A DNA stretch of 64,000 nt from Azolla caroliniana (lineage: Eukaryota > Plantae > Polypodiophyta): positions 8,742,001 through 8,806,000 of the forward strand of contig JBHGNT010000022.1 of the NCBI GenBank assembly GCA_043228905.1, read 5' to 3'. The stretch's first letter is position 1. Each line of letters opens with the position of its first letter. The translations under genes and the position numbers were made by a program. This document shows, one piece after another, positions 14,042-27,019 of this stretch. Below the pieces are notes generated by a model. That model searched no databases. It was given only the letters and a program-made list of their open reading frames with translations, and was not told where the DNA came from.

Positions 14042-15823
14042 TTATAATTTACACTTAAACAAGACACAATGTGTTGTATACAGAATTAGAGGCTTTAATT
14101 GTTTCTGATGAATTGCCATAACACATCAGTAATTTTGATTATAAACCCAGAAGAATGGAAAAAACTAATTCAACCAAAACAATTCAAATATGTGTGCTTA
14201 TTGATGCATTGGCGTAACACATCACAAATTTTGATTATAACCCCGAAAAGAAAAGACAAAACTAACTCAACCAAAACTTCAAAGGGTAGTGTTTATTTAC
14301 CTCAATGGCTTGTAGCTTCCGAAGATACCATTCTCTTTCTATGCGTATGCCGAGATACACCTTCTCAAGTTGCAGTTCTTCATCGCCTTTTAATAGATTA
14401 CGATTCAATTGCGTCAAGGCCAAGTAGGTGAAAGATAAATACCCCTCAGGTGTTTCAGTTGGGGACATTTCTTTATATATGAATAGGCTACATTCCTTCA
14501 CACTCTTCATTACTAAGTGTTTGCAACCATAATTACCCCTCAGGTGTTTCAGTTGGGGACATTTCTTTATATATGAATAAGCTACATTCCTTTATACTCT
14601 TCATTTCCAAGTGTTTGCAACCATAATTACCCCTCTGATGTTTCATTTGGGAACATTTCTTTACATATGAATAGGCTAAGTTTCATTACATATGAATAGG
14701 CTAAGTTTCACTCCATATGAATAGGCTAAATTCCCCCATGCTTAGCACAGAACATCCTAACCAACGTTTTAGTGACCCTTTGTCACATTAAAAGGATAAA
14801 AACAACAAACATATGATCAAACATTCCAAACACTTTTGATCTAGACGGCCAATAAAGCTAGTGATGGCATGTGGCAAGCATTCTAATGGAAAAGCAAAGC
14901 TTATAAACCATCAGATTTTTACCAGGAACCGAATGTTTAAAAGACGGAACCGAGAGGATACACAACCTAGTATGCATTTCGAGGAGGCGGCGAAGCTTCT
15001 TGATGGGTTTCTTGAGCATTTGCTTGCTATCTCCACTCCTGCAAAAACAATGAGATCAATAAACAAACAAATACATGGCCAGAATAATGAGTAAATAAAA
15101 CAGATAATGAATAACAAACAACAAAATATAGCCTGATCAATATATCTAGTGAAATAGTGGTAGTGCATACATATATATATATATAGTCAGATTTGTTTGG
15201 CCTGCCATAGCTAAGCTGTGTGTATGTCAAACTGGTCGGTAGTTTCAATTCGTAGTTTCAAAAACATCATCGGCACCGTGGAAATGTGGTTTCTAAACAG
15301 GTTGGTGTAGCATAGATGCTAGGATATATCAGGATTTGCAGCAGACAGCCATTGTTTTTAGATAGCCCAAAATGTAGTCACAATTAGAGCAAAGACAGTT
15401 AAGTGAGAAGCCTGACTGACTGGCCCACAGACAAGGATAACCTAATAATTATCTTTGAGGGGGAGGGAGAGAGAAAGGGAGAAACTCACCCTCCATCCTG
15501 GGCGTCTATGTCTTGGAAGATTTCTCTCAGATTCTCCCACACATCAGAGTTCCCACCCTCCAGAGTGTGGCTCACCACCTCCTCATCATTATCATCATCA
15601 TCTTCCTCCTCCTCCTCCTCCTCTGCCAAGAATCACACAACACACACACACATATGTATATCAGAAGCAACAGCAGAACCACCATCATCTCTTACCTCAT
15701 ACAATCAATCCGTTCACAGCAAGCACAAAACACACAGACACCATAAAACAAGGCAGAAGGAGAGGCATGGAAGCGAGCAAGACCTGACGATGAGTTGAGG
15801 TATCTTTGGTGCCTTGCTGAGGA

Positions 15824-15829
<6 letters not shown>
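14042..15829 (-). CDS. Putative small protein (147 aa) with acidic tract and EB1 C-terminal-like motif; exons 15829-15784, 15622-15490, 15038-14923, 14386-14301, 14104-14042
   Basis: Five GT-AG exons join in consistent phases (1,2,1,0): MESSARHQRYLNSSS-EEEEEEEDDDDND...DVWENLREIFQDIDAQDG-GSGDSKQMLKKPIKKLRRLLEMHTR...-GDEELQLEKVYLGIRIEREWYLRKLQAIE-KQLKPLILYTTHCVLFKCKL*. A (GA)n tract lies just upstream of the ATG. The first donor (G|GTCTTG) and the last exon are weak. Confidence 0.55.
14439..14735. repeat. ~95-bp intronic tandem repeat (about 3 copies plus short ATATGAATAGGCTA subrepeats)
   Basis: The unit ACCCCTCAGGTGTTTCAGTTGGGGACATTTCTTTATATATGAATAGGCTACATTCC... recurs at ~14441, ~14535 and ~14629. 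Confidence 0.85.
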
Positions 15830-15881
<52 letters not shown>

Positions 15882-16082
15882 CCCAGTCCAAGAAGCACGC
15901 ACATGCATCTACATATATACCATATATATATGTATGTATGTATGTATATATGTATGTATGTATGTATGTATGTAGGTATGTAGGTATGTAGGTATGTATG
16001 TATGTATGTATGTATGTATGTATGTGCGTATGTATGTATGTATGTATGTATGTATGTATTTATGTATGTATGTATGTGTCTG

Positions 16083-16125
<43 letters not shown>

Positions 16126-16195
16126 CATGTATGTATATAATATATATATATATATATGTCCTGTATGTGTGTGTGTGTATGTATGTATGTATTAT
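15830..16195. repeat. Compound microsatellite (TC)n/(TATG)n/(TG)n/(TA)n
   Basis: Directly visible. Confidence 0.95.
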
Positions 16196-16389
16196 ATACG
16201 GTTCTTTTCCAAGGCAACTAACATCAACATGCACACGTTCACACTACGAATCTTTTGAAGGGTGTCCCATATGGCACTATCTGGGTTCAGCACCATCCTT
16301 CCATGACATAAAGGACAATTATTCCCTAATCACTAGGCCATCCCAGATTGTGAATTCATTGATGTTTATAGCCGCCTCTCGGCCACCTT

Positions 16390-17650
16390 CCTAGATAGAT
16401 GGCATGCTGTTGAGGCTCGCCTTGATCTCATAAGCAAATTTATCGATCACGGTCTCACCACAACTATCACGTTGAGCAGAGAATTGTCTTGCGCCATGCG
16501 AGTAGTTGCAAATACTTGGAGACGATTGTGTTTCGGCATGTACTGTGATCGTTGCGTGTAAGTGTTCTCCCTTGGCTAGAGTTTGAAATGGTGTTGCCTT
16601 GCGCCCCAAGTCGAAATATTATCTTGAAGTCGTACTCTGTGAGAAAATTCGACCAACATGCTTGTCTCCGATTCAAAGTTTTTGTGGCGGTAAAGTAGTC
16701 TATCTTATTCTAATGGTTAGTCACCACCTAAGTATGGTGTTGCACTCCAACCAAGTATGCCCACCATTCGTTGTAGGCAAAGATGACAACTTTGAGCTAT
16801 TTTTCAAAGATTGTGTGGTCAAATTCTATGGTGGTGAAACTTGGGGTGTGGATGCAATGTTCCGACATCATCCAACTACATAGGATGGCTCCAAAAGTGA
16901 AGTCAGAGGCGTTGGATTCAACCTAGAAATCCTTTGTTGGGTTGGGATGTAACATTGGGGCAGAGATCAAGCTTGCTTAAGTGCCTTGAAAGCGCTCTGG
17001 ATTTGAGGTCCTAATAAATGGAGCATCTTTTCGGGTAAACGCAATTAGGGGTTGTGAAAGAGTGGAAAACCACTTAATAGATCATTGATAGAAATTTATG
17101 AAGGCAAGGAATGATTGCACATCCCTCAGCCTTGTTAAGACATGCCGCACTTGGATTGTTCCTACTTTTTGTTTATCCATCGTAATGTCAATGGGTGAGG
17201 TAATGTAGTTGAGGAACTCCACTGAGATACGATCAAATTAAGACTTCTCACTTTTGGCAAAAACCCATGGTCATGAAGTTTGGCTAGAAGTAGTTGGACC
17301 AATCAGATGCGTTCCTCCATGTTCTATGAGAAAATTAGAATGTGATCATGGTAGATAAAGACACATTCATCTACATACTCCTGAAATATATTAATCATCA
17401 TGTGTTCGAAAGCTACCAAACCTTTGGCCAAATAGCCTTACCTTGTATTTGAAATGGTTGTATCATGTTTTGAACATCATTTTCTATTCAACATTAAGTT
17501 TAATGCCCACTAGATTATAAGGTCCCAAATGGTCAATCTTGGTGAAGACGCGATGTGTTCGAAGACAATCTAAGAGCTCAAACATCAAGGTAATGAATAG
17601 CAATTCATCATTGTGACTTTGTGAGGACTCCGATAATTGACATGCACTAG
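16390..17650 (-). mobile_element. Degenerate Ty3/Gypsy pol fragment (RT-RNase H)
   Basis: [22 protein letters not shown] (RNase H end), a DASDF-like stretch at ~16900, and FTKIDHLGPY (RT) at ~17530. Many frameshifts. Confidence 0.8.
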
Positions 17651-17699
17651 GCACTTTTTTTTACTTGATAATATATCCTCCATTGGTATTAGAATTATA

Positions 17700-18750
17700 G
17701 TGGTCGAAGGCCTTAATACAAAATAGTCAAATATTACATATGACCGTAGTCAATCTTTGAAGTTTGTAGGTAAAGATAAGTAAGAAAAACACGTAGCCAA
17801 TCTTTAGAGACAAAGAAAATACAATGAAGCCATATCCGTCTCCAAATGAACAAGATGAATAGTCCAACCTCCAAAATAAACAAACTAGCAAAATTTTGGC
17901 CAATAGGCCATTCCCTTTTCTACCTTTGGTCACACCATATCACCACAACGGATCAATACTCTATCTCATATAGGTATTGTCCTACCATGCATATAAAGCT
18001 TATGTACATATCGTCTATCTCTTTAGCCATGAATTCGATAATCAAACCTTCCTTTTTGCCATTGATTTTTCTCCATGCTAAATTTTATTAGAGTTTAAAC
18101 TTTTACATTTACTTGCTTTCTTGCATCAAATAATATTGCCTCTTCTTTATCCTCACCATTCTTTGATATTGATACAATATTAGGACTTTTTCATTTTAGT
18201 TTTTCCAAACTCCAACATTTTGAGATGAGCCTTACATTCTTCCCCAAACAAAGCATTCAATGTCCATCTACATCTGCATTGAAATATTGATACCCTACCT
18301 TGAGAAGGACATCCTTCAATTGACCACATATTTACCAAGGGAGAGGTACATGACACAACTTTCAACCTCATTTACATGTACTAGCTTTTGGATAACAAGG
18401 TCATATAATGCACCTCTTTTCATTTTGTACTCTTAACACAGGTGATTTTGCAAGTATAAGTGTTAACAGACCAATTTTAAATGAATTTAGCATGTATGCA
18501 TCTCATTCAAATTTGGCTCATTGATTTGGGGGAGAGATTTGTGGAGAGATAAAAAGGGTGTATACTTAAGGAGAAGCAATACATTCAAACTATATTGAAG
18601 AGACTGTGTGCCAAGAACTCTCATTAAGCTAGTTTTGGATATACAGCAATTGGAGTTGGAGTTGCCTCTAGATTCTAGAACTCGTCTCTTTGCAACTTTC
18701 ACATGAAGTGATGTCTCTTCTGTATCCATTTATGAACTTACATGGTTTCA
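17700..18750 (-). mobile_element. Possible very old Copia gag remnant
   Basis: Zinc-knuckle-like remnant (YWPKFC) near 17890 and coding-like composition. Weak support. Confidence 0.25.
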
Positions 18751-19297
18751 TACTTGTAAATTAGGATGAGGCAACCAATAACATGCGTTGATATAAAATT
18801 ATGAATAGAAAATTAAAAGCAAAAGGTTAGATTGAATGTTGAAACAATATGGAACATAAATCCCAATTTAATATTTAGATGGCTCCAAAACATTGAATCC
18901 TTCCATTTGGACATGGATATCATAATCAATGGTTAGCAAGTACAATCAAAAACCTCGTATAATTGGTATAACTAAAAAGCAAGAATAGATCAACACTTCA
19001 TGGTTGAAGCCCGCATTCTCCAGGTCCATTTCCATTTCCAATTAACAATGTTATAGTTCATATTTACAATTGAATAAATCAGCTTTCCCCTATCAAATGA
19101 AGGTTTCAAGGATTTTCTCTTTCTTCTAATGATGTCATTCTAGCATAGATCAATTAGCCTATATTCTCCAATTGAGCATCAAATGTTTTTAATAAGAATG
19201 TAACAGCAGTGACAAATAATGAATGCCTGAGACAATGAAAAAAATCCTAACCCTAGTTGTGTTCCTAAATACACCAACTACCCAAACTATAATAGTT

Positions 19298-22200
19298 TTA
19301 ACTCGATGCACTCTGATGCTTTCCAGATTTACCTTCAATTGGTGGAGATTCTTGTTTGATCTCATCACAGTTAGTAATTGAGACGCTTTGAACTTTCAAT
19401 TTTTCTCCATGTTTTGCATATGCAGCATCCAAAGCTTCACGAACCAAGCCATCAGAACTTTCAGTGGCATTTGTAGCATTCTCTGATTCTTCAGGACGTT
19501 TATGAAGAGCCTCTTCAAGAACCTGATTGTTGCTTGTTGATGGAACATTCATGTCACCTAATTCAACTTTCTTTACCTTTCTCCTAAAAGGCTCATGGAA
19601 TGCATCATACAATCGTTTCACCTGCCATGACAAAGCTCAATATTTTCAAAGAAATATTTCAACATTCGTCTTGTTTTCCATCACAAAGCTCTTTGTAGAT
19701 AAATTGGATAAATATGCCCACAAACAGGGTCACGTTACTGCAGACAATGAAGCAGAACTCCAATGGGTGTGCATCACAGGTTATCCACTTAATGGTTAGG
19801 ATGTCGAATAAAAACGAAGCACAAGTATAATCGTATATGAAGTCATCAAAGGAACTACTTCCTAATGATTATATCACGACACTATGTACAGAACAAAAAA
19901 CGGTCAAATCATCAGCAAGGATTAAATTAGAATAAAAAGATATAATAATATGTATCGATGGTGACATTAATCTAATGCTCAACAAGAAGATTAGTGAGGT
20001 TGTCTATACGATTTACTCAACCTGATTGTTCCATTTATCTAAGATTGTTTTCTCCATGTGGAAGATCTTGAAGATAATTCACAAAACAAAAGGTAAGATT
20101 CCGAAGCATTACTAGATGAGGGTAATTAAAGCTCATTGAGAGGTGTACAGGACACTTAAGTGTGTTCGAAGTAGAAACTTGTATGCTAGGGAAGAGAGAT
20201 AAAATTAAAAACTCTGTAGAAAATGTCCTTGATGTTAGAACAAAACTATACATTAAGCGCAAGCAAAGGACCTATAGTAATCAGAATAAAAAAGAACGGT
20301 TAAAGTTTATGTGATCATAATGGACCAACAAACAGTAACATTCAGCTTCAATCTATATAATCATGAAAATTATTAATTTCAAGACAAAAAAAACATCACT
20401 CACTACGTGTCTAACATGACAAAATGTTACATAAAAAAGGACATAATAAATATAGCTAAAACTATGGGATTTACAGAAAGAGTGAAGAAATTATGCCAAT
20501 GAAGTAGATGGCTATATATTCACATGCACCATCAAAAGCTTCAGGTAGATATTCTTTATTCTCATATTTTGCATGTATGTAATCCAGCGGAACAACCTCT
20601 GCAAGGTTTACTCATATTTTTTTCGTGATGGAATCCGAAAAATGCACAAAAAAACAAGAAAATCATAAAGCCCCTAATTGTTCATGACACTAAGGAATAT
20701 AACCTATTGTTATAAGAAAATCTTTGTAGCACATATATTTTACTTAAGAACATTCAGAAAGTTTACATGCATACCTTTCTTTCTCCAATACCTGGACAAC
20801 GAGCCAAATCTTCCATGGATGCTCCCATAACGGCAGTTAAAGACTGGATCATGAGTATATGTGAGATAAGTAACTAAAAGACACAATTGAATGGTCCGGA
20901 CTCTGAAGAAACATGTCTTACCCCAAAAGTGGAACCTAATGTGACAACATCTGTCTTGTTCACATGTCGAATTGTGGTCAGAGCACTAGTCAACTGAACG
21001 AGAAGACATAAACCAATATAAACTGTGTTGTTTTTAAGAGAGTGATTGATAAGAGCCTAAATATGTGTAAGTTGCATGTTTGCAATTACTTTGATAAGAT
21101 CAATAATCCATTACCCTTGACAAGTAGTCATGATCAATACGTTCTTGAATGACATCAGCTGGCTTATTTTCATATATTTTGATTGTCTCCAGATATCGCG
21201 CACACTCCTCCAAGCTTCCTTGCAAACAAGGAAACACTCAATAAAGAGGATCAAAAATATATAGCGCCTAAACAAATCAAGATTGCTCAAACTATTTGAT
21301 TCCCTACCTCCATGCACAAAGCAGTGTACAATCATGAAGCAACGCAGTTTTTGTAACTTCATGTAAGGGCTTGACTACGTCTTCCTATACCAATGCATTA
21401 AAAATTTACAAAATAAGAAAATAGAGGGAATAACATCCAAAAGAAGATTCAATTTGCAGACTTATATAAATTTCATTGTACCACATCCACATAGCATAAG
21501 ATAATCCTAAGGCGGAAACTCTTCATAAGCTCACGAATCCGGACGTAGAGGTAATCAGGATGAAGTAGATGGTATCGTAAACTGCATACGAACCCAGGAG
21601 TTTTAGAGACCATGATTTACCTCCACATTAAGTCGAGAAATTCTATTTTTCCTTCGAGAATATTTAGAAAACAAACCTAAGATATAGAGCACAAGAACTT
21701 TGTCCTAGTATATAGTCAGGAACAATATCTGAAAAAATCCACCGTATGTTCTTTATGTGCTTAAGCACAGGATTCCCTTGCTTGTGCATATAACAGAAAG
21801 CAAAAACAAATCAAATCATTAAGTTTTCTTTCAAATATTTTGCAATGAAAGAAACAAAGATCGACAAGCTTGGGATGACCTACCTGTCTACGACTCACAA
21901 GGATGGCATTTCGAGCCTGTGGTCCTGTATTTGCACTGTTCAAAGCAACAAGGACAATATTGATCAAAATGATAAGGGGAATAAATTGTTTTATAAAAAA
22001 ATAGAAGGATGGAAACCTCTCATTAGTCTTTTGGGAAACAAACATTCAAAATATGGAAACCATCAAGGAAAAACTTCAGAATTGAAGGAAGAGAACATTG
22101 AATTAATGCAACACATGCATTTCCATATTGGATGGGAATTTGCGAATTGATCTTAAAATTAAGGAGATACATCTAGCTCAATCTTGCAGCAACACATACA

Positions 22201-23378
22201 TTTCCAAATGAAATGCAGGAAACTGTACACTTAAAATGGAAATTACAAATTGATTACATAAACGGCCATAGAATAGAGAGAAACAATCTATCTATAATAT
22301 CTTATGCAACAAATAGAAACCTAATAGAAAAAATATATGGCTAATCTTGTATATTCACTGAGTATGTTTCCAAATGAAACAAAAAATTTGAATATATTTA
22401 TGATGGAAATGTCTGATGTAATTAGGAAATCGCCCATAGTATTTAAGGATAAACCATCTGAAAAATTACAAATTTGTACAGTTATGAAGGAAATTACCAA
22501 ATTGATTTGGGAAATGATCATAGAATTAAAGAAAATCAAATCTAGCTAATTAAGAAGAACATATCGCTATTCTCAGTGTGCAGTGTGCACTTCCAGATGC
22601 AGTTGATGCAAATTACCAAATCCATTACAGAACTCAATCTTGTATGAAACATTTGCATTACCAAATAAAGCTCAAATTTTATATATCTAAGATGGAGATT
22701 ACAGAATCCATGCGGGAAAGGACTTTAGAGTTGAGGAAAATCATTGACAGATTCATTGCAAACAAAGCACATTCGAGTTTGGCACAAAATGAAGGATTAT
22801 GTAACGACAGCATACTCTCAGATTTTGGCACAAACGAAAATATTAAGTGATAAAGGCATACTCAAGATCATAGAAAATTAAGCAAAAGATATGAAAGAAA
22901 ACTGAGTTTGGTACAAATTATGCATAAATACAGGAGGAAACCACATCCAGGTTTGGCACAACGTAGCATTAACTGATGAAACATGCTCATATTTGGAACA
23001 AATTAAAGCAAAACTGATGAGAACATACTCAGGTTTGGGTCCATTTACACCAGGAGGCTGTGAGGGAGGAGCTGAAACTACAGGAGGTGGAGAATAAGAA
23101 TCTGATTTCTTCAGGAATGAGAAAGCCTGGTTGAAACTTCCTGTCTGATCATGGTGATCTATGGCTGGAGTGGATGTGGTTAGGTGAGAAAATGTGTTAC
23201 ATGAGGATGATGATGAATGAGACGGCTGGAAAAGTATGCGAGCAGCTTGAGGACGAGATTGTTGAAGAACCTCATCATAAGAAGGAATGTTGATGATGGG
23301 AATACGACTTGACGCAGATTGCTGATCCGAAGGAGGTTGAGATTGATCTGCAGAAGGTTCTGATCCTCTTCTTTCCAT
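19298..23378 (-). CDS. ERCC1: DNA excision repair protein ERCC1; exons 23378-23029, 21935-21884, 21780-21677, 21581-21482, 21384-21308, 21214-21115, 20993-20922, 20843-20775, 19621-19298
   Basis: The spliced product contains [138 protein letters not shown] (Rad10/ERCC1 core plus HhH2). All introns are GT-AG. Confidence 0.96.
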
Positions 23379-23940
23379 CGTTACTCTCTGTCTGTTTCTC
23401 TCACACAAGGACCTACGTCAATTGATGGATACATTCAATAGAACGTATTTCATATATGACCAGTCTACTGGCAACGTGCTTCCTTCCTTCCCTTCCATAT
23501 CCACGTTTCCGAACATACACAGATCCCAAAGCTTATCAAGAATCACTGGATACGGCCAATTCTGCACGTGTTTTGAAGGCTTCTCGTCCTCTCTATCCAA
23601 TTCTGTAACACAAAAATATCAACGCTTCCTCTGCTTTTCCATTCTGTATGCCCCAGAGTGCCAGACATGGCGGGACAAAATCCATGGGGAAGTGTTTTAC
23701 CCCTCCATGTGTCAGACTGAGTTTTGTAAGAGAACTAGAGAAGGTGCGTGAGTCGCTCCTTCCAGAATATACCGCTGGCCTTTTTTCGTTTACACAGATT
23801 CAAAGCTTTGGATCATCAGAGGACATTCCATATAGCAAAATGGCGGGTAAGGTGGAAACCTGCACAGATCTAGATCGATTCGAAGCTCCTGCTGCTGCTG
23901 ATGATGATGATGGTGGTGGTGGTGATGGTGATGATGAGAG

Positions 23941-23948
23941 GCGGGAAA
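23941..23948 (-). promoter_or_regulatory. E2F consensus site TTTCCCGC upstream of the ERCC1 coding region
   Basis: GCGGGAAA on the plus strand is TTTCCCGC on the ERCC1 strand. Related GGCGGGA cores occur at ~23669 and ~24043. Confidence 0.45.
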
Positions 23949-24054
23949 TTGCGTAGAGTGACTGACGATCGATTCTCTGTCTTGCGGCAAGCAGCGGTGA
24001 AAAGGAAGGAAGGATGGATGGATGGATCGGTGAAATTGCATAGGCGGGAAGCTA

Positions 24055-24197
24055 TGTATCTATGTACATACATACATACATACATGATACATACATATGT
24101 ATCATGTATGTATGTATGTATGTATGTATGTATGTATGTATGTATGTATGTGTGTGTATGTGTGTATATGTATATGTGTGTGTGTGTGTGTGTGTGC
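24055..24197. repeat. Compound (CATA)n/(TATG)n/(TG)n microsatellite
   Basis: Directly visible. Confidence 0.95.
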
Positions 24198-24354
24198 TAT
24201 GGCTCGTGTCTATGTATTTGCACGTAAGTCATAAATAGGCGTGGCGAGGGAATCGCGGCCACGAACGGTGTAGACCGCACACGCTCTCAATCAACTCAGT
24301 GGCCTGCACCGTCCGATTTGGATTAAAAATAAAACTTGCGAATAAAAACGTTGC

Positions 24355-26832
24355 CAGTAGCCGCCCAATTGTGACAACTTGGTCGCCCAACCAAATATGG
24401 TCGCCCAACTCTATCACCTACTCGGTCACCCAAACCAAATATGGTCACCCAACCAAGTGTGGTAGCTCAGCTATCACCACCTCCGTCACCCAAACCAAAT
24501 ATGGTCGCCCAACCAATTTTGGTCACCCAGCTATCACCACCCCGATCGCCCAACCAAATATGGTCGCCCAGCTCTATCACCTACTTGGTCACCCAAACCA
24601 AATATGGTCACCCAACCAAGTGTGGTCGCTCAGCTATCACCACCTCGATCGCCCAACCAAATATGGTCACCCAACCAAGTGTGGTCATCCAACTATCACC
24701 ACTTCGGTCGTCAAACCAAGTATGGTCACCCAACCAAATGTATCATTTCCACCAAAATCTTCTAATCACTTTGAACTTGAAACTTAACGCTTAAAATAAC
24801 TAATCTACAAACTAAAACATTAAAACTTCCAAAATCGACACATTACACCGGACTGAAAACTTAGACCTTAAAATAAAATATCAACTTAATACTTCAAATA
24901 ATACACAAACTTAGAACTTAAAGCGTCAAATAACAAATCAACTTCAAACTTCAAATATTTCACAACCTTAAAGCTTAAAAATTTCCCCAACACAAAATGT
25001 TCCGTACATCCAGAAATTGACAAAACCAACGTTCCTAAACAAACATCACAAAAACTAAAGCCATGATTATGGCTCATGTGGGGATTATGACAAGATGCGA
25101 CCACAATTCTTGCTGCAATTAGCATTCGAGTCCCTTGCTCTGAAGGTCAAGGCATCACAATGCAAGCATTGAACCTTCTCTATCACACATACTGGCAGCC
25201 GCCTCCTAGCCTAGCCCAACTTGTACCTCTTTGCATTTTTCTAGCGTGGATTTTGAAATTGTTAGGGGAGCTGCCAATAAGATATTGTGAGATGTTGATT
25301 GTTGCTCCTCTTGACGCACCAATTGCTTGCTTCTGCCTTATGGATCCACCGTCTTCTTCATTGGTTGATTTCAGTGCACCAACATGATACAACTTCTCAG
25401 TCAAATCTTCCAATGTTTGCATACATTCCAAAGTAGTTGCATGATCGAGGGATCGTAACCCTTGCCTGAGACATTGAAAAGTTGCCTCGGCCGTTTGTAA
25501 TTTGGACTCCCATGACTCCATCTTTGATGTTGTAGGGTTTGTCTCCTTTATTGGTTCTACCTCTGTCTCCACTTCAATTTCTATGAGATGGTTCATTCAC
25601 ATATGGGCCACATTATCTATAAAAGGCAACAACCCACATAGATGTAGCATGTGCCGCTCAATAATCATCCGAATGCCGAGTATATGTTTACATTTACTTG
25701 CAAGTCCGACTTGGCAATCACAATATGAGCATTGGAGTGATACATTATATCATAAGAGTGGGAGTCTTCAAGCTCAATATTTTTAACCAATATCAAACCT
25801 TGTCCACAATATGCATTGTGGCAATATTTGTTTCATACCTTTCGAGTATCCGCTCGACCCCTTTAATGGTGGACCTTTGATCCCTACAATTTGCACATGG
25901 TGCAAATCCACTAGGGATGCCATGGTCACGAAGATCACTTGCCCAATGTCTCTTTTACTCTTTGAGAGTATTCGTCAATGGATGATGCAATGTGCCACCA
26001 TGTGGTGCCAATACTACCTCCCTCCAATTCTCTATGTAAGTAACTTGAAGATTAGGCGATGCCTTAAGGTATATTACACTCTCATTTCCTTGACTCTTCA
26101 TGCACATACATGCATGGAGATTGAGACGTGCACCCCTTGTGACTACACTTAATGTTTCAAACTTTACCATAACTTGTCCCAATAAATCTAAATAACCATT
26201 AAATAATATGTACCTCTTGTGAGTGCAAAATACCTGGTTGAACAATACATGAAGGCATCAACCTCCTCCTCCCATTCCGATGAAGGCGATGACAACTTTT
26301 TGTCGGATGCAGACGACCCCAAATCTTCATCGAATGTTGTAGAGTATGATGACGCATAATCATGGTCGTCATCGGACAATGAGGTGATAAAATCAGGGTC
26401 ATGTGGATTCATCCGCACGAGTAGAACACTAAAGCTTGATAATAGGCTATGTTTATTTTATGATAAAGATGTGATTAATTGGAGTATAAAATGTCAATAT
26501 CTCGTGTTCACAATGTGATTAGTCAATGATCAAAACGAGAGTGAGTGATTGTATATCAAAACTCTATTATTACAGTGATTATATCCAGGCTGTTGACGAA
26601 CCGATCAACGATTGGTGGCTAGCGGTTGGGTGGCCTCATGATTAAGTTGGGCAACTTCATTAATAAGTTGGGTGACTTGATTATTAAGTTAAACATATGA
26701 GTTGGGCGATTAGATTATTAAGTTGGGTGACCTCATTATTAACTTACATGTGCTCATTAATAAAGTTGGGCGACCTGAATAATAAGTTGGGCAATTAAAA
26801 CATCTGAGTTGGGTGACCACATTGTACACTTG
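24355..26832 (-). mobile_element. Putative DNA transposon with inverted subterminal repeat arrays and a degenerate SWIM zinc-finger ORF
   Basis: Left array of GGTC(A/G)CCCAAC units at 24380-24740 and inverse units (GTTGGG(C/T)GAC) at 26645-26820. Imperfect end match CAATTGTGACAACTTGGTCGCCCAAC vs rc CAAGTGTACAATGTGGTCACCCAAC. The internal minus-strand ORF remnant (~26418-25100) contains YCDCQVGLASKCKHILGI (SWIM CxC-xn-CxH). Confidence 0.6.
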
Positions 26833-27019
26833 AAAAAATACACCGAATTTGATAGCAGTGGAGTATGATGCAATATTCCATTAAGAAAAAACTATGTTAC
26901 AAGCATAGAACGTAATATTCATGTTCGTGCAAGCATTCCAACGTTTGGAAACGAACACGTTTGAAATGGGAAAAATATGTGCTCCTTTTTTTCTCTTTTT
27001 TTTCATTTATGATCATTAC

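Noticed and set aside
15692-16394. Several ORFs rich in YVCM/HTYI/RE
   Set aside because: Translations of microsatellites.
23422-24227. Short ORFs upstream of ERCC1 as a divergent gene
   Set aside because: Low-complexity (GAT/GGT, TATG) translations within the ERCC1 5' UTR/promoter, with no domain signal.
24380-24740. Regularly spaced repeat array resembling CRISPR, and ORFs 24299-24787 / 24441-24794
   Set aside because: The intervening sequences are themselves repeated, there are no cas genes and the context is eukaryotic. The ORFs are by-products of the repeat.
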